NCBI GenBank assembly: GCA_963786355.1
Contig: CAWAYU010000004.1
Location: 338,293 to 402,292 of the forward strand
DNA: 64,000 nt
Origin: an uncultured Alphaproteobacteria bacterium
Lineage (GTDB): Bacteria; Pseudomonadota; Alphaproteobacteria; Rhizobiales; Xanthobacteraceae
Direction of reading: 5' to 3'
The notes below the pieces were generated by a model, which made no database searches, had not been told where the DNA came from, and saw only the letters and a list, made by a program, of their open reading frames with translations. Below, piece after piece: positions 23,779-33,697 of this stretch (position 1 is its first letter; every line of letters begins with the position of its first letter). Position numbers and translations under genes: made by a program.

Positions 23779-25862
23779 ATGAGAGCATTGAAAATCGCCG
23801 GCGCCGCCATCGCTGCCGTGATCGCCGTTATCGCGCTGCTGCTGGTGATCGGCATCCCCTCCTCGTTCCTGACTTCGCAGATCGAGGACCGGGTCGAGCG
23901 CGAGACCGGCTACAGGCTCACTATCAATGGCGGAGCCAAGATCGGCCTGTGGCCGTCGCTCAACGTCACGCTCAACGACGTCACGCTGCAGGATCCGAAG
24001 GCGCGCGATGCCGACAATCGCATTACCGCCGGTAGCATCCAGGCCGACGTCACGCTGGCCAGCGTGTGGGCCGGCAAGCCCGAGATCACCGAACTCGTCG
24101 TCGTGCGCCCGGTCATCAACGTGCCGCTGCAGCGCGAACGCCTGAGAGAGACCGCCGCGCCGGTGAAGCCCGCGGCCGCCGGCACAGGCAATGCGTTTTC
24201 AATCGCGCAGATCAGCGTCACCGGCGGCACGATCGTGTTTTCCAATCTGCGCGACCGCGTCGAGAACCGGATCGACACCATCAACGCCGACGTCACCGTC
24301 GATGCCGATCGCAAGATCCGGATGACAGGCAATGCGCGCAGCGGCGACTATCCGCTGAAGTTCGACATCAAGGCGTCGCCGCCTGCTCCGCCGCTCGAGC
24401 GGCAGAACATTCCGGCCGAGATCAAGCTCGACGCACCCGGCCTGTTGCAGGCGCAGCTGTCGGCCAAGGCCGAGGTGCGGCTCAACGGCACGGTCGTGAT
24501 GATCAACGGCCTGTCCGGCGCGCTCGGCGACGGCGCGTTCAACGGCTGGGCCTCGGTCGATCTGGCGAGCAAGCCGCTGGTGAAGCTCGATCTCGATTTT
24601 CAGCGGCTGGCGGTCGGGACGTCGGCGAAGAGCAATAGCTCGGCGGCACAGCCGTGGAGCAATGCAACCATCGACCTCAACGGCCTCAACTATGTCGACG
24701 CGCAGGTGCGCATTTCCGCGGCCGAACTCAACATCGGCGACGGTCATTTCGCGCCTGCCGCGATCGAGGCCACGCTGACGAGCGGCGTTTTGAAGGGGCA
24801 GGTTTCCAATCTCGGCGCCTATGGCGGCAACGCCAATGGCGACGTGACCATCGATGCCTCGACCGCCAATCCGGCCTTTACGCTGCGCGCCGACCTCACC
24901 GGCGTGCGCGCGCTGCCGCTGCTGAAGGGCCTTGCGGATTTCGACAAGCTCGACGGCAAGCTGCAAGCCAAGATCAACGTGCGTTCGTCGGGCAACAGCC
25001 AGCGCGCGATCATGGCGAACATGTCGGGCACGACGTTTGCGGTGTTCCAGGACGGCGCCATCAAGGGGCTCAACGTCGCGCAGATGATCCGCTCGCTGAC
25101 CGCAAGCACGCTGTCGGGCTGGCAGGAGAGCAGCGAACAGGCGACTGATCTGTCGCAGCTGTCCGCTTCGTTCAAGATCGACAAGGGACAGGCGCAGACC
25201 ACCGATCTCAACCTGGTCGGCCCGCTGGTGAAGATGACCGGCGTCGGCACCATCGATCTCGGCACCAAGCAGATCGGGTTCCGCGTCGAGCCGAAGCTGG
25301 TGATGACCACCGAAGGCCAGGGCCGCGCCACCGAGCCGGTCGGACTCGGCATTCCCGTGATGATCGAGGGCCCGTGGGGCGCGCCGCGGATCTATCCGGA
25401 GATGCAGGGCATGCTCGATAATCCCGAGGCCGCCTATGCCAAGCTCAAGGAGATGGGTAAGGGCCTGTTCGGCGCCAACGGTGCCGGGCTTAACGGCGCC
25501 GGCATTGGCGCGGCACTTGGCGGCCTGCTCGGCGGCGGTCAGCAGAGCACTGGCGCCGGCGCCAGCTACCGGACAGGGCGGCAAGCCGAACGATCCGCTC
25601 GGCGGCCAGCTCGGCGAGACCATCGGCAATCTGCTGCAGCAGGGCCTGAGCGGGTTGGGCCAGGGTGGCAGCCAATCAACCTGGCACATCACAGGGCGCC
25701 GCGCGCCCAAGCCAAGGTCGCAATATCGCGAGCCCCAACGCGCCGGCCCAGACCGCCCCGGCGAGCCCGCCCCTCGCCGCTCCCGCGACCCCGCCCGACG
25801 CGACCGCGCAGCAGGACAGCCAGCCGATGAACGACGTGTTGCGGCAGCTGTTCAACCGCTGA
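23779..25862 (+). CDS. AsmA family protein (frameshifts in the Gly/Pro-rich tail near 25565 and 25690)
   Basis: N-terminal anchor, VERETGYRL, LWPSLNV, repeated beta-rich segments, DGAIKGLNVAQMIR, GIPVMIEGPW..PRIYP, and C-terminal NDVLRQLFNR*. Confidence 0.88.
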
Positions 25863-26045
25863 CATCTCTCCCGTCATGGCCGGGCGTGACGGGACTTTCC
25901 TGCCCAAAATCGGGGCTAACCATGCTGGCGGACAGCCGGTCAGGGCCCCTAATTCGTGCTAGACAGGCCCTCATGCGGGCCCCCACGGCGCCCGCGCGGC
26001 ACTGCAGCGGATGCGTCCTTTGAGGAGTGGCGCACGAGGGTTTTG

Positions 26046-28502
26046 ATGAACGCGGTCAAGGGCAAGATCTGGTTCCTGCGCGAAGGCCTGTTCGCCAAAT
26101 ACGTCATGGCTCTGGTCGGCCTCGTCGTGTTCGTGCTGGCCGTCAACGGCGCGATCGAAATCTGGATCAGCTATCGCGGCATCAAGACCTCGCTCAACGA
26201 CGGCATGTCGGAGAAGGCGGAGGCGACCGCCAAGCAGATCGAGCAATCGATGGCCGACCTCGAGCGGCAGATCTCCTGGGCGACGCGCGCCTATTCCAAC
26301 ACGGTCGATCTGCGCCGCGCCGACTACACCCAATTGCTGCGGCAGGTGCCGCAGGTCAGCCAGCTCTCGCTGCTCAACGCCCAGGGCCGCGAGCAGCTCC
26401 GGGTGACGCGCCGCACCGCGCTGGAAGGCAGCGATCTCGATTTCTCCCGCGACATCTCCTTCAGCCAGGCCAGCGTCCCGCGGCACCGGCTACGCGCCGG
26501 CATACTTTCGCGGCGAGCGGCCGTTCATGACGATCGCGCTGTCGCATTCCGATTCCAACGTCACCGTCGCCGAGATCGATCTCGGCTTCCTCAACGATTT
26601 CCTCGGCGACGCCCAGGTCGGCAAGGTGGCGTTCGCCTATGTCGTCGACGACAAGGGGCAGGTGCTGGCGAGTTCGTCGAAGGGGCCGGATGTCGGCAAG
26701 AGCCTGTCGGCGCTGCCGCAGGTCGCCGCCGTCATCAAGCGCCGGCGGCGCGCCGCTGGTCGGCCGGCACCGACAGCGCGCGGCCATGACGTGCTGACCA
26801 CGACGAGCGCGGTGCCCAAGCTCGGCTGGCACGTGTTCTACGAACAGCCGACCGCGCAGGCGCTGACGCCGATCCGCGACCAGCTGGTGCGGATCGCGCT
26901 GCTGATCGCGCTCGGCCTCGTGGTCGCGATCATCGCCGGCACCATCATGGCGCGCCGCATGCTGGTGCCGATCACGGCCTTGCGCGCCGGCGCGCGACGC
27001 CTCGGCGCCGGCGAGTTCGGCCATCGCATCGAGGTGAAGACGTCGGACGAACTCGAAGAGCTCGCCAACCAGTTCAACAGCATGGCCGGGCAGCTCGCCG
27101 AGACCTACTCCGACCTCGAATGGAAGGTGAAGGAGCGGACGCGCGATCTGGCGCAGTCGATCAACGAGCTCAAGGTGCTCGAGGAAGTCGGCCGCGCGGT
27201 CGCCTCCTCGCTCGATCTCAACGCGGTGCTGCCGACGGTCGCCGCCCGCGCGCTCGAAATCACCCATGCCGATGCGGTGCTGATCTATGGCTATGACGCC
27301 GCCGGCCACACGTTCAACCTCACCGAAGCGATCGGCATCGACAAAGACGGCCGAGGGCGGCCATCTCGCCATCGATGAAGCCGGCAGCCCGCTCGGCGAC
27401 GCCGCCGCGAACGGCGAGCCGATCTCGATTCCGCAGCTCGAGAAGTCCGCCGAACATCCGCTGCGCGACGTGGCGGTGGCGGCCGGCTTCCATTCGGTGC
27501 TGGTGGTGCCGCTGGTCGACCAGCAGGGCATTCTGGGTTCGCTGGTGGTGCTGCGACGTAACGCCGGCGAGTTTTCGCAGAACCTGATCGGGCTGATGAA
27601 GACGTTTGCGCATCAGGCCGTGCTGGCGATGCGCAACGCGCGGCTGTTCACCGAAGTGGACCACAAGAGCCACGAACTGCTGGCCGCCAACGACACGGTG
27701 CGCCAGCAGGCCGACAAGCTGCAGCAGCAGACCGACCAGTTGAAGGACTGGAACAAGTCGCTGGAGGAGCGGGTCGAAACGCAACTGGGCGAGATCGAGC
27801 GCATTCGCCGGCTCGAACGTTTCCTCGCGCCGCAGGTCGCGCAACTGATCGCATCCGGCGACGGCCAGGAAGGCCTGCTCGACAGCCAACGCCGCGAAGT
27901 CACTGTCGTGTTCTGCGACCTGCGCGGCTTTACGGCATTCACGGAATCGACCGAGCCGGAAGAGGCGATGAACGTGCTGCGCGAATATCACGCCGCCCTC
28001 GGCAAGCTGATTTTCAAATACGAAGGCACGCTCGACAAATATGCCGGCGACGGCGTGATGATCCTGTTCAATGCGCCGATCCAGTTCGAGGACCACACCG
28101 CGCGCGCGGTGAAGATGGCGGTGGAGATGCGCGACACCATCGGCCCGCTGACCGAGCGCTGGCGCAACCGCGGCCACAATCTCGGCTTCGGCATCGGCAT
28201 CGCGCTCGGCTATGCCACGCTCGGCCAGATCGGCTTCGAGAACCGGCTGGAATACGCCGCGATCGGCAGCGTCACCAACCTGGCCTCGCGGCTCTGCGAC
28301 GAAGCCAAGGCCAACCAGATCGTGGTGTCGCAGGCGCGTCTACGGCATGGTCGAGGAATGGGTCGAGGGCCGCCCGATCGACGATCTCACCCTCAAGGGC
28401 TTTAATCACCCGGTGCTGGTCGCGGAGATTCTGAGCTGGCGCGAGGAAGTCGACAACGTGGTCGATGCGGCGGCGGCGACCAAGCGGAAGAAGCAGTCGT
28501 AA
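26046..28502 (+). CDS. Membrane class III adenylate/guanylate cyclase: TM-Cache-TM-HAMP-GAF-coiled coil-CYC (several frameshifts)
   Basis: Assembled from ORFs 25956, 26527, 27287 and 28212. HAMP DELEELANQFNSM, then VVFCDLRGFT, DKYAGDGVM and GSVTNLASRL. Confidence 0.88.
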
Positions 28503-28692
28503 TTCCCATCGTTCCGGCCTCAAATCGGAATCCACAGGCTGCGGCAGATTCAAAATTACGAAAACAACCCCATGCAAAGTAGAAATGGGCGCGGGGGCGA
28601 GGCCAACGCCGAGGTTCACCCGGCAAGGCCACTTGGCTCCGGCACCGGCCTTCTGGTATTTATTACCCCGTAAAACCGGAACTGGATTGCTG

Positions 28693-29586
28693 ATGACTTA
28701 TTTCAACGCGCCCGCCCCGTCGCGAAAGCTGCTAGCGGCTGTGGCTGGCCTGTTCTGCCTTTCCCTCTCCCCCACCCTCGCCGCCGACGACCCCGAGGTC
28801 GCCCCCAAGGGCGCCGCGGTCACGGTGCTCAAGGCCGCAAAGTCCTGTTTTGCCAATATTGTCGAGGTGTCCGGCACCATCATTCCGCGCGAGGAGACGC
28901 AGGTGCGGCCCGAGCGGATGGGGCTGAAGGTGGCCGAGGTGCTGGCGGATGCCGGCGATAGCGTGACCGCCGGCCAGGTGCTGGCGCGGCTGAACCTGCC
29001 CGAAGGCGGCCAGGTGACGGTGCAGGCGCCGGTGGCCGGGCTGATTTCGGCGACCACGGCGGCCGTCGGCGCGATGGCCTCGGGCAAGGGCGAGGCGCTG
29101 TTCTCGATCATCGCGCGCAGCGAGTTCGACCTGGTCGGGCTGGTGCCGACCCGCGATATCGCCAAGCTCGCGGTCAACCAGGCGGCGCGGATCAAGGTGA
29201 TCGGCGCCGGCGAGGTCGACGGCAAGGTGCGGCGGCTGTCGACCACCGTGCAGCCGGACAGCCAGCTCGCCCAGGCCTTCATCGGCATCACCACCAACCG
29301 CAAGCTGCTGGTGAATTCCTCCGGCCGCGCGCTGATCACGACCGGGCAAAGCTGCGGCGTGTCGGTGCCGCTGACCGCGATCCTCTACGGCAGCGCCGGC
29401 ACCGTGGTTCAGGTGGTGCGGCGCGCGCGCGTCGAAACCCGGCGGGTGGAAACCGGACTGATGTCGGCGGGACAGGTCGAGATCCGCGACGGCATCGTCG
29501 AAGGCGATATCGTGGTGGCACGCGCCGGCGCGCTGCTGCGCGAGGGCGATCCGGTGCGGCCGGTGACGGCGGCGGATGTGAAGTAG
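28693..29586 (+). CDS. Second RND adaptor (MFP), also hairpin-less, with a signal peptide
   Basis: ADAGDSVTAGQVLARLNLPEGGQVTVQAPVAGLI and VEIRDGIVEGD. Paralog of 18158..19078. Confidence 0.85.
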   Translation: MTYFNAPAPSRKLLAAVAGLFCLSLSPTLAADDPEVAPKGAAVTVLKAAKSCFANIVEVSGTIIPREETQVRPERMGLKVAEVLADAGDSVTAGQVLARLNLPEGGQVTVQAPVAGLISATTAAVGAMASGKGEALFSIIARSEFDLVGLVPTRDIAKLAVNQAARIKVIGAGEVDGKVRRLSTTVQPDSQLAQAFIGITTNRKLLVNSSGRALITTGQSCGVSVPLTAILYGSAGTVVQVVRRARVETRRVETGLMSAGQVEIRDGIVEGDIVVARAGALLREGDPVRPVTAADVK

Positions 29587-29603
29587 GGCGGCGTAAAGTC
29601 TAT

Positions 29604-29722
29604 CGTCGTCCCTGCGAACGCAGGGACCCATACGCCGCGGCAGTTGTTGTGCGAAAGGTCTCAGCCACCGCGTCTTATCGATAGATCACGCGGTATGGGT
29701 CCCTGCGTTCGCAGGGACGACG
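29604..29722. repeat. REP-like palindrome
   Basis: CGTCGTCCCTGCGAACGCAGGGACCCATA...TATGGGTCCCTGCGTTCGCAGGGACGACG, a perfect IR of about 29 bp. Confidence 0.9.
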
Positions 29723-29744
29723 GGGAGAGGTGCGCGCTTCCGCT

Positions 29745-30584
29745 TCACCCGCCGAAGCGGATGTCTTCCAGCAGGGACGACGACACCGACGGCACCTGCT
29801 CGCCTTCGCTGGCGCGGGAGATGGCGACGCGGGTCTTGTTGAAGACCTGTTCGGCGCCGGTCTGGGCGTTGAGGTTGGCGAGCAGCTCGGTCACCAGCAC
29901 GCTGTACTGGCCCTTGCCGTCATCGGTCACCTTGCCGGGGGTCGCCGAGGTCAGCACCAAGCGCGTTTTCCGGCGGCGAGATCGGGGCGAGGCCGTGGCT
30001 GAACGAACGGAAGCGGCGCTCATAGGGGTTGCGGCGGGATGCGTCGACGACGGCGAGCTTGGCTTTCGCGCCCTTTTCGGTCATCGCGTCCAGCACGTGC
30101 TCGAGGCTGATGCCGGCGCGGCGGACATCGCCTTCCTTCCAGATCGTGGCATCGACCGGGATCATGAAGCTCTCGCGGCCGACCTGGATGCCGTAGCCGC
30201 CGAAGAACAGCATCACCACGGTATCCTGCTGATCTTGGCCTTCATCCGGCCGATGGCGCGGACCATGTCGTCACGGGTGGCGTCTTCGACCACGTCGACG
30301 TCAAAGCCCTGGGTGCGCAGCGCAGCCGAGAGGCCGCGGGCATCGTTGATCGGCTGGGCCAGCGGCGCGGAGGCGTCCGGGTAGTGGCCGTTGCCGATCA
30401 CCAAAGCGACGCGGTTGGCGCCCTTGCCGATCGAGCCGGTCTGCTCGGTCCCGATCGCCTTGGCGGCATCGAGCGAGCGCTTGTTCAGGGCAGCATGGGC
30501 GCCGATCGCCAGCGACACCAGGCCAACGAGCGCGATGGCAATGGTGACGGGGCGGCGGGAGATGCGAAGCTGCGTCAAATTCAT
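29745..30584 (-). CDS. Second secreted caspase-like protein, dyad replaced (frameshifts near 30220 and 29970)
   Basis: Signal peptide, RVALVIGNGHY, FFGGYG, VDASRRNPY and EQVPSVSSSL. Assembled from three ORFs. Confidence 0.82.
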
Positions 30585-30797
30585 CGTTTCCATTCCCAAT
30601 CGTTTTCCGGCGCGCCAAGTGTTAGTCGCGCCAAGTCCGCCAGGGTTTTGAGGGTTGCGAAGTCTGTGCCGTCCAATTGCGCGCAATTTGCGGCACCGCA
30701 ACAAAGAAACCCTTAACCCGCTGGGCCCTGCCGGGCAACCTCCTTTGGCGCATGGAGCCGATGGCCCCAGACTATGGCGGGAACTTTTGGCCGATTA

Positions 30798-30813
30798 TGT
30801 GATAGACATCACA
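30798..30813. promoter_or_regulatory. CRP-type box 3
   Basis: aTGTGA-TAGACA-TCACAt, a perfect match. TATAAT lies 22 nt downstream (30836-30841). Confidence 0.78.
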
Positions 30814-30934
30814 TTTGTAATCTCCTGCGGATTTGTATAATTTTCAAAGGCTTGCACGTCGCTAGGGACCGCCCACGGGGACTAAAACAAGGACCAAGGC
30901 GGCCCAATTCACTGTTCCGGCTGAAAGAATCGGC

Positions 30935-32662
30935 ATGGGTTTCCAGTATTTTGCCGGTGCGGCGTATCGCGCCCTCACCGTCCAGAAAGATGGTCCGTCG
31001 CTGTACGACGTCTGCGATCCCGTGCTGCTGGACTACCGCGGCGGCGACCCCCATCTCGGCAAATTTTATCGAACCGCGCTCGGCAACCCGGCGCTGCGGC
31101 CGCTGCTGCGGCGGACCGGCCTGCCCGCCCTGAGGGATCAAGACCGGCTGCAGCGGCTGCGCGCGGCCTTGATGTCCGCGCGCGACGAGGCCGAGCCGGA
31201 CTGGGCCGCGGTCGGCGCACCGATCGCCGAGCTGATGGCCGATATCGGGGTCCGGCACCCGCAGCCGGCGCCAGTGGCGGCGACGGCCCATGCGCCCGGA
31301 CCGGCCGAGATCGACCGCGTGATCCGCCGCTGCGGCGCGCATCTGCTGCGCTCGTTTTCCAAAAACGGCTTCATCCCGACCTATGCCGCCTTCAACCTGC
31401 TCGGCGACCCCGATATCAGCGGCCGCGAAATGCTGATGGCGCTGACCGGGCTGAACGCGCGCGGCTACAAGAACTCGACGCTGCTGTTCAGCCTGGCGCG
31501 GATTTTCATCGCGCATTCGCCGGCGCGCGCGCTGATCAACCCGCCCTGGACGGGCATTGCCGAACCGATGTGGGAGCCGGTGCAGATCCGCCACCGCTCG
31601 GCCTATTACGACGCCTTCTTCACCGAGGCGCTGCTGAGTTTTCAGGAGACCGGCCTCGCCTCCGGCGAGGAGACGGCGGCGTCGAAGCGCGCGATCGCTG
31701 ACATGGTGGAATTTTGCCTCAAGACCAGCGCCGAGGAAGTGCCCTCGCATGACGGCTCGACGGTGCGCGTCATCACCGCGCTGGCGCCGGGGTCCGGGCC
31801 GCGGTTCTCGAAGTTCTTTTCGCAGATCAAGCAGGACCTCGGCTTCGGCATCTACGTGCCGGATTGCGACACCACGGCGTGCTCGTTCTCGGCCGCGACG
31901 CAGGCCGGCTCGAACGATCCGATCCTCGATCAGCCGCTGCTGGATTTCTATCGCGGCTATCAGGTGCGCGAGGGCGGCAACGAGCCGCGCGTCACCGTGC
32001 CCTTGAACGACCATGTCGACTACGAGGGCGGCGTCGTCACCTGGATCGACAATCTCTCAGGCGACCGGCCCTACGGCAACGACCTCGATCCGACGCTTAA
32101 TCTCGACATTCTCGAAGTGAGCTTTCGCAATCTCGCCCGCTGGAAGATTCTCGAGACGCCGCTGCGGCTGGAAACGGTGCAGCGCATCATCGGCTTCCAG
32201 CGCAAGCTGGTCGAAAGCGGCGCTTTCGCCAATCCGCGCTCGCATATCTATTATTTGCCGGAGCTTTATTCGGCCTATTTCGGCCGCTGCCATGCCGCGT
32301 TCATGGCGTTGCCTTTGGCCGCGCGGCAGGCGATCGATCCCGACGGCCATTTTGAGTTCATCCGCGGCAGGGTGCTGGCCTATGTCGAGGGCGAACTGAT
32401 TACGCGGGAGATGAACGCGTTCGACGCGGCGCTGGCGCTGATGGCGCTGGCGCATCTCGGCGCCGATGTCTCGACGTTTACCCCGGCGCTGGCGTGCATC
32501 GTCTCAAGCTTCGGCGAAGGCGGCCGGCATGGGCCTTACAAGGCCTATGAATGGAACAAGATGAAGACCCCGACGCGGATTCTGGTCGGCGGCCCCGAGG
32601 TAACCTCGGCGTTCGTGCTGATGGGGCTGGCGCTGGCGCGGCAGAAAATGATGCGGGGATGA
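30935..32662 (+). CDS. Hypothetical protein, possible class II terpene cyclase / prenyltransferase beta-fold
   Basis: 575-aa intact ORF with PDCDTTA, GGVVTW, DPTLNLDIL and YYLPELYSAYF. The CDS is secure; the function is inferred. Confidence 0.6.
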   Translation: MGFQYFAGAAYRALTVQKDGPSLYDVCDPVLLDYRGGDPHLGKFYRTALGNPALRPLLRRTGLPALRDQDRLQRLRAALMSARDEAEPDWAAVGAPIAELMADIGVRHPQPAPVAATAHAPGPAEIDRVIRRCGAHLLRSFSKNGFIPTYAAFNLLGDPDISGREMLMALTGLNARGYKNSTLLFSLARIFIAHSPARALINPPWTGIAEPMWEPVQIRHRSAYYDAFFTEALLSFQETGLASGEETAASKRAIADMVEFCLKTSAEEVPSHDGSTVRVITALAPGSGPRFSKFFSQIKQDLGFGIYVPDCDTTACSFSAATQAGSNDPILDQPLLDFYRGYQVREGGNEPRVTVPLNDHVDYEGGVVTWIDNLSGDRPYGNDLDPTLNLDILEVSFRNLARWKILETPLRLETVQRIIGFQRKLVESGAFANPRSHIYYLPELYSAYFGRCHAAFMALPLAARQAIDPDGHFEFIRGRVLAYVEGELITREMNAFDAALALMALAHLGADVSTFTPALACIVSSFGEGGRHGPYKAYEWNKMKTPTRILVGGPEVTSAFVLMGLALARQKMMRG

Positions 32663-32778
32663 CGGGAAGTTGAAGGCGGGCGTGAGGGCGGGTGTTGGCA
32701 AGCCGGTCCAATTGCCCGCACAATTGTTGAGCAGATTTGATTGAAGCCGTTTGCATTCACTCCTTGCCGGGATTGACG

Positions 32779-33507
32779 ATGAAATCGAAGTTCTTGCTCG
32801 CCGTCGTTTTGCTCGCGTTGCTGCCGGCAACCGCCGATGCGGCCGACATCACCGGCGTCCCGAAAATCCGCGAAGGCGATTCTATCCAGATCGGTAATAC
32901 CCGCATTCGCCTCGGCGGCATCGACGCGCCGGCGTCGGACCAGCTTTGCCTGAACAATGCCGGCGAGCGCTGGACCTGCGGCGTCGCCGCGCGCGACGAA
33001 CTGATCAAGCATGTCGGCAACAAGAGCTGGGCCTGTCATGTCAGGACCACCGACCGGCGCGGCCGCACCGTGGCGCGCTGCGAGGTCGAGGGTGAGGACA
33101 TCCAGAAATGGCTGGTCGCGAACGGCTGGGCGCTGTCCTTTACCCGCGTCAGCCACGACTACGACGCCGACGAGAAAGCCGCGCGCGAGGCCAAGGCCGG
33201 GATGTGGCAGGGCGCGTTCATCGCGCCGTGGGACTGGCGCGCCCGCAACAAGAAGACCACCATTCTCGGCGCCGCCAAGCCGCCGGAAAACGCCTCGACG
33301 ATTTTGCTGGCATCGGCGTCGGGGCCGGTGGCGCCCTCGCCTGACTGCACCATCAAGGGCAACGTCAACACCTCGGGCGAGTGTATCTACCACACGCCGG
33401 CGAGCCGCTGGTATGCGCGGATCCAGATGAAGATCAGCAAGGGCACGCGCTGGTTCTGCTCGGTCGACGAGGCCGAAGCCGCCGGCTGCCGCGAGACCAA
33501 ACGCTAG
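32779..33507 (+). CDS. Secreted thermonuclease (SNase-like) protein with ExoI-like Cys-rich C-terminus
   Basis: RIRLGGIDAP, DRRGRTVA, AREAKAGMW, CTIKGNVN...YHTP and RWFCSVDEA. Confidence 0.85.
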   Translation: MKSKFLLAVVLLALLPATADAADITGVPKIREGDSIQIGNTRIRLGGIDAPASDQLCLNNAGERWTCGVAARDELIKHVGNKSWACHVRTTDRRGRTVARCEVEGEDIQKWLVANGWALSFTRVSHDYDADEKAAREAKAGMWQGAFIAPWDWRARNKKTTILGAAKPPENASTILLASASGPVAPSPDCTIKGNVNTSGECIYHTPASRWYARIQMKISKGTRWFCSVDEAEAAGCRETKR

Positions 33508-33519
33508 CTAGTTTGTTTG

Positions 33520-33654
33520 CCTCGCCCCGCTTGCGGGGAGAGGTCGCCGCGCTCTTGCGCGGCGGGTGAGGGGGTACAGGTCTCTCAATTAGCATTAGAG
33601 TTCGCGGATAGAGCCCCTCACCCCACCCCTCTCCCCGCAAGCGCGGGGCGAGGG
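33520..33654. repeat. REP-like palindrome, CCCCGCTTGCGGGGAGAGG family
   Basis: CCTCGCCCCGCTTGCGGGGAGAGG...GGGTGAGGGG...CCCCTCACCC...CTCTCCCCGCAAGCGCGGGGCGAGGG. Confidence 0.88.
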
Positions 33655-33697
33655 AGAACTGCTGCCATCGCCTTATCGCATGTAAGAGCAACCCGCC

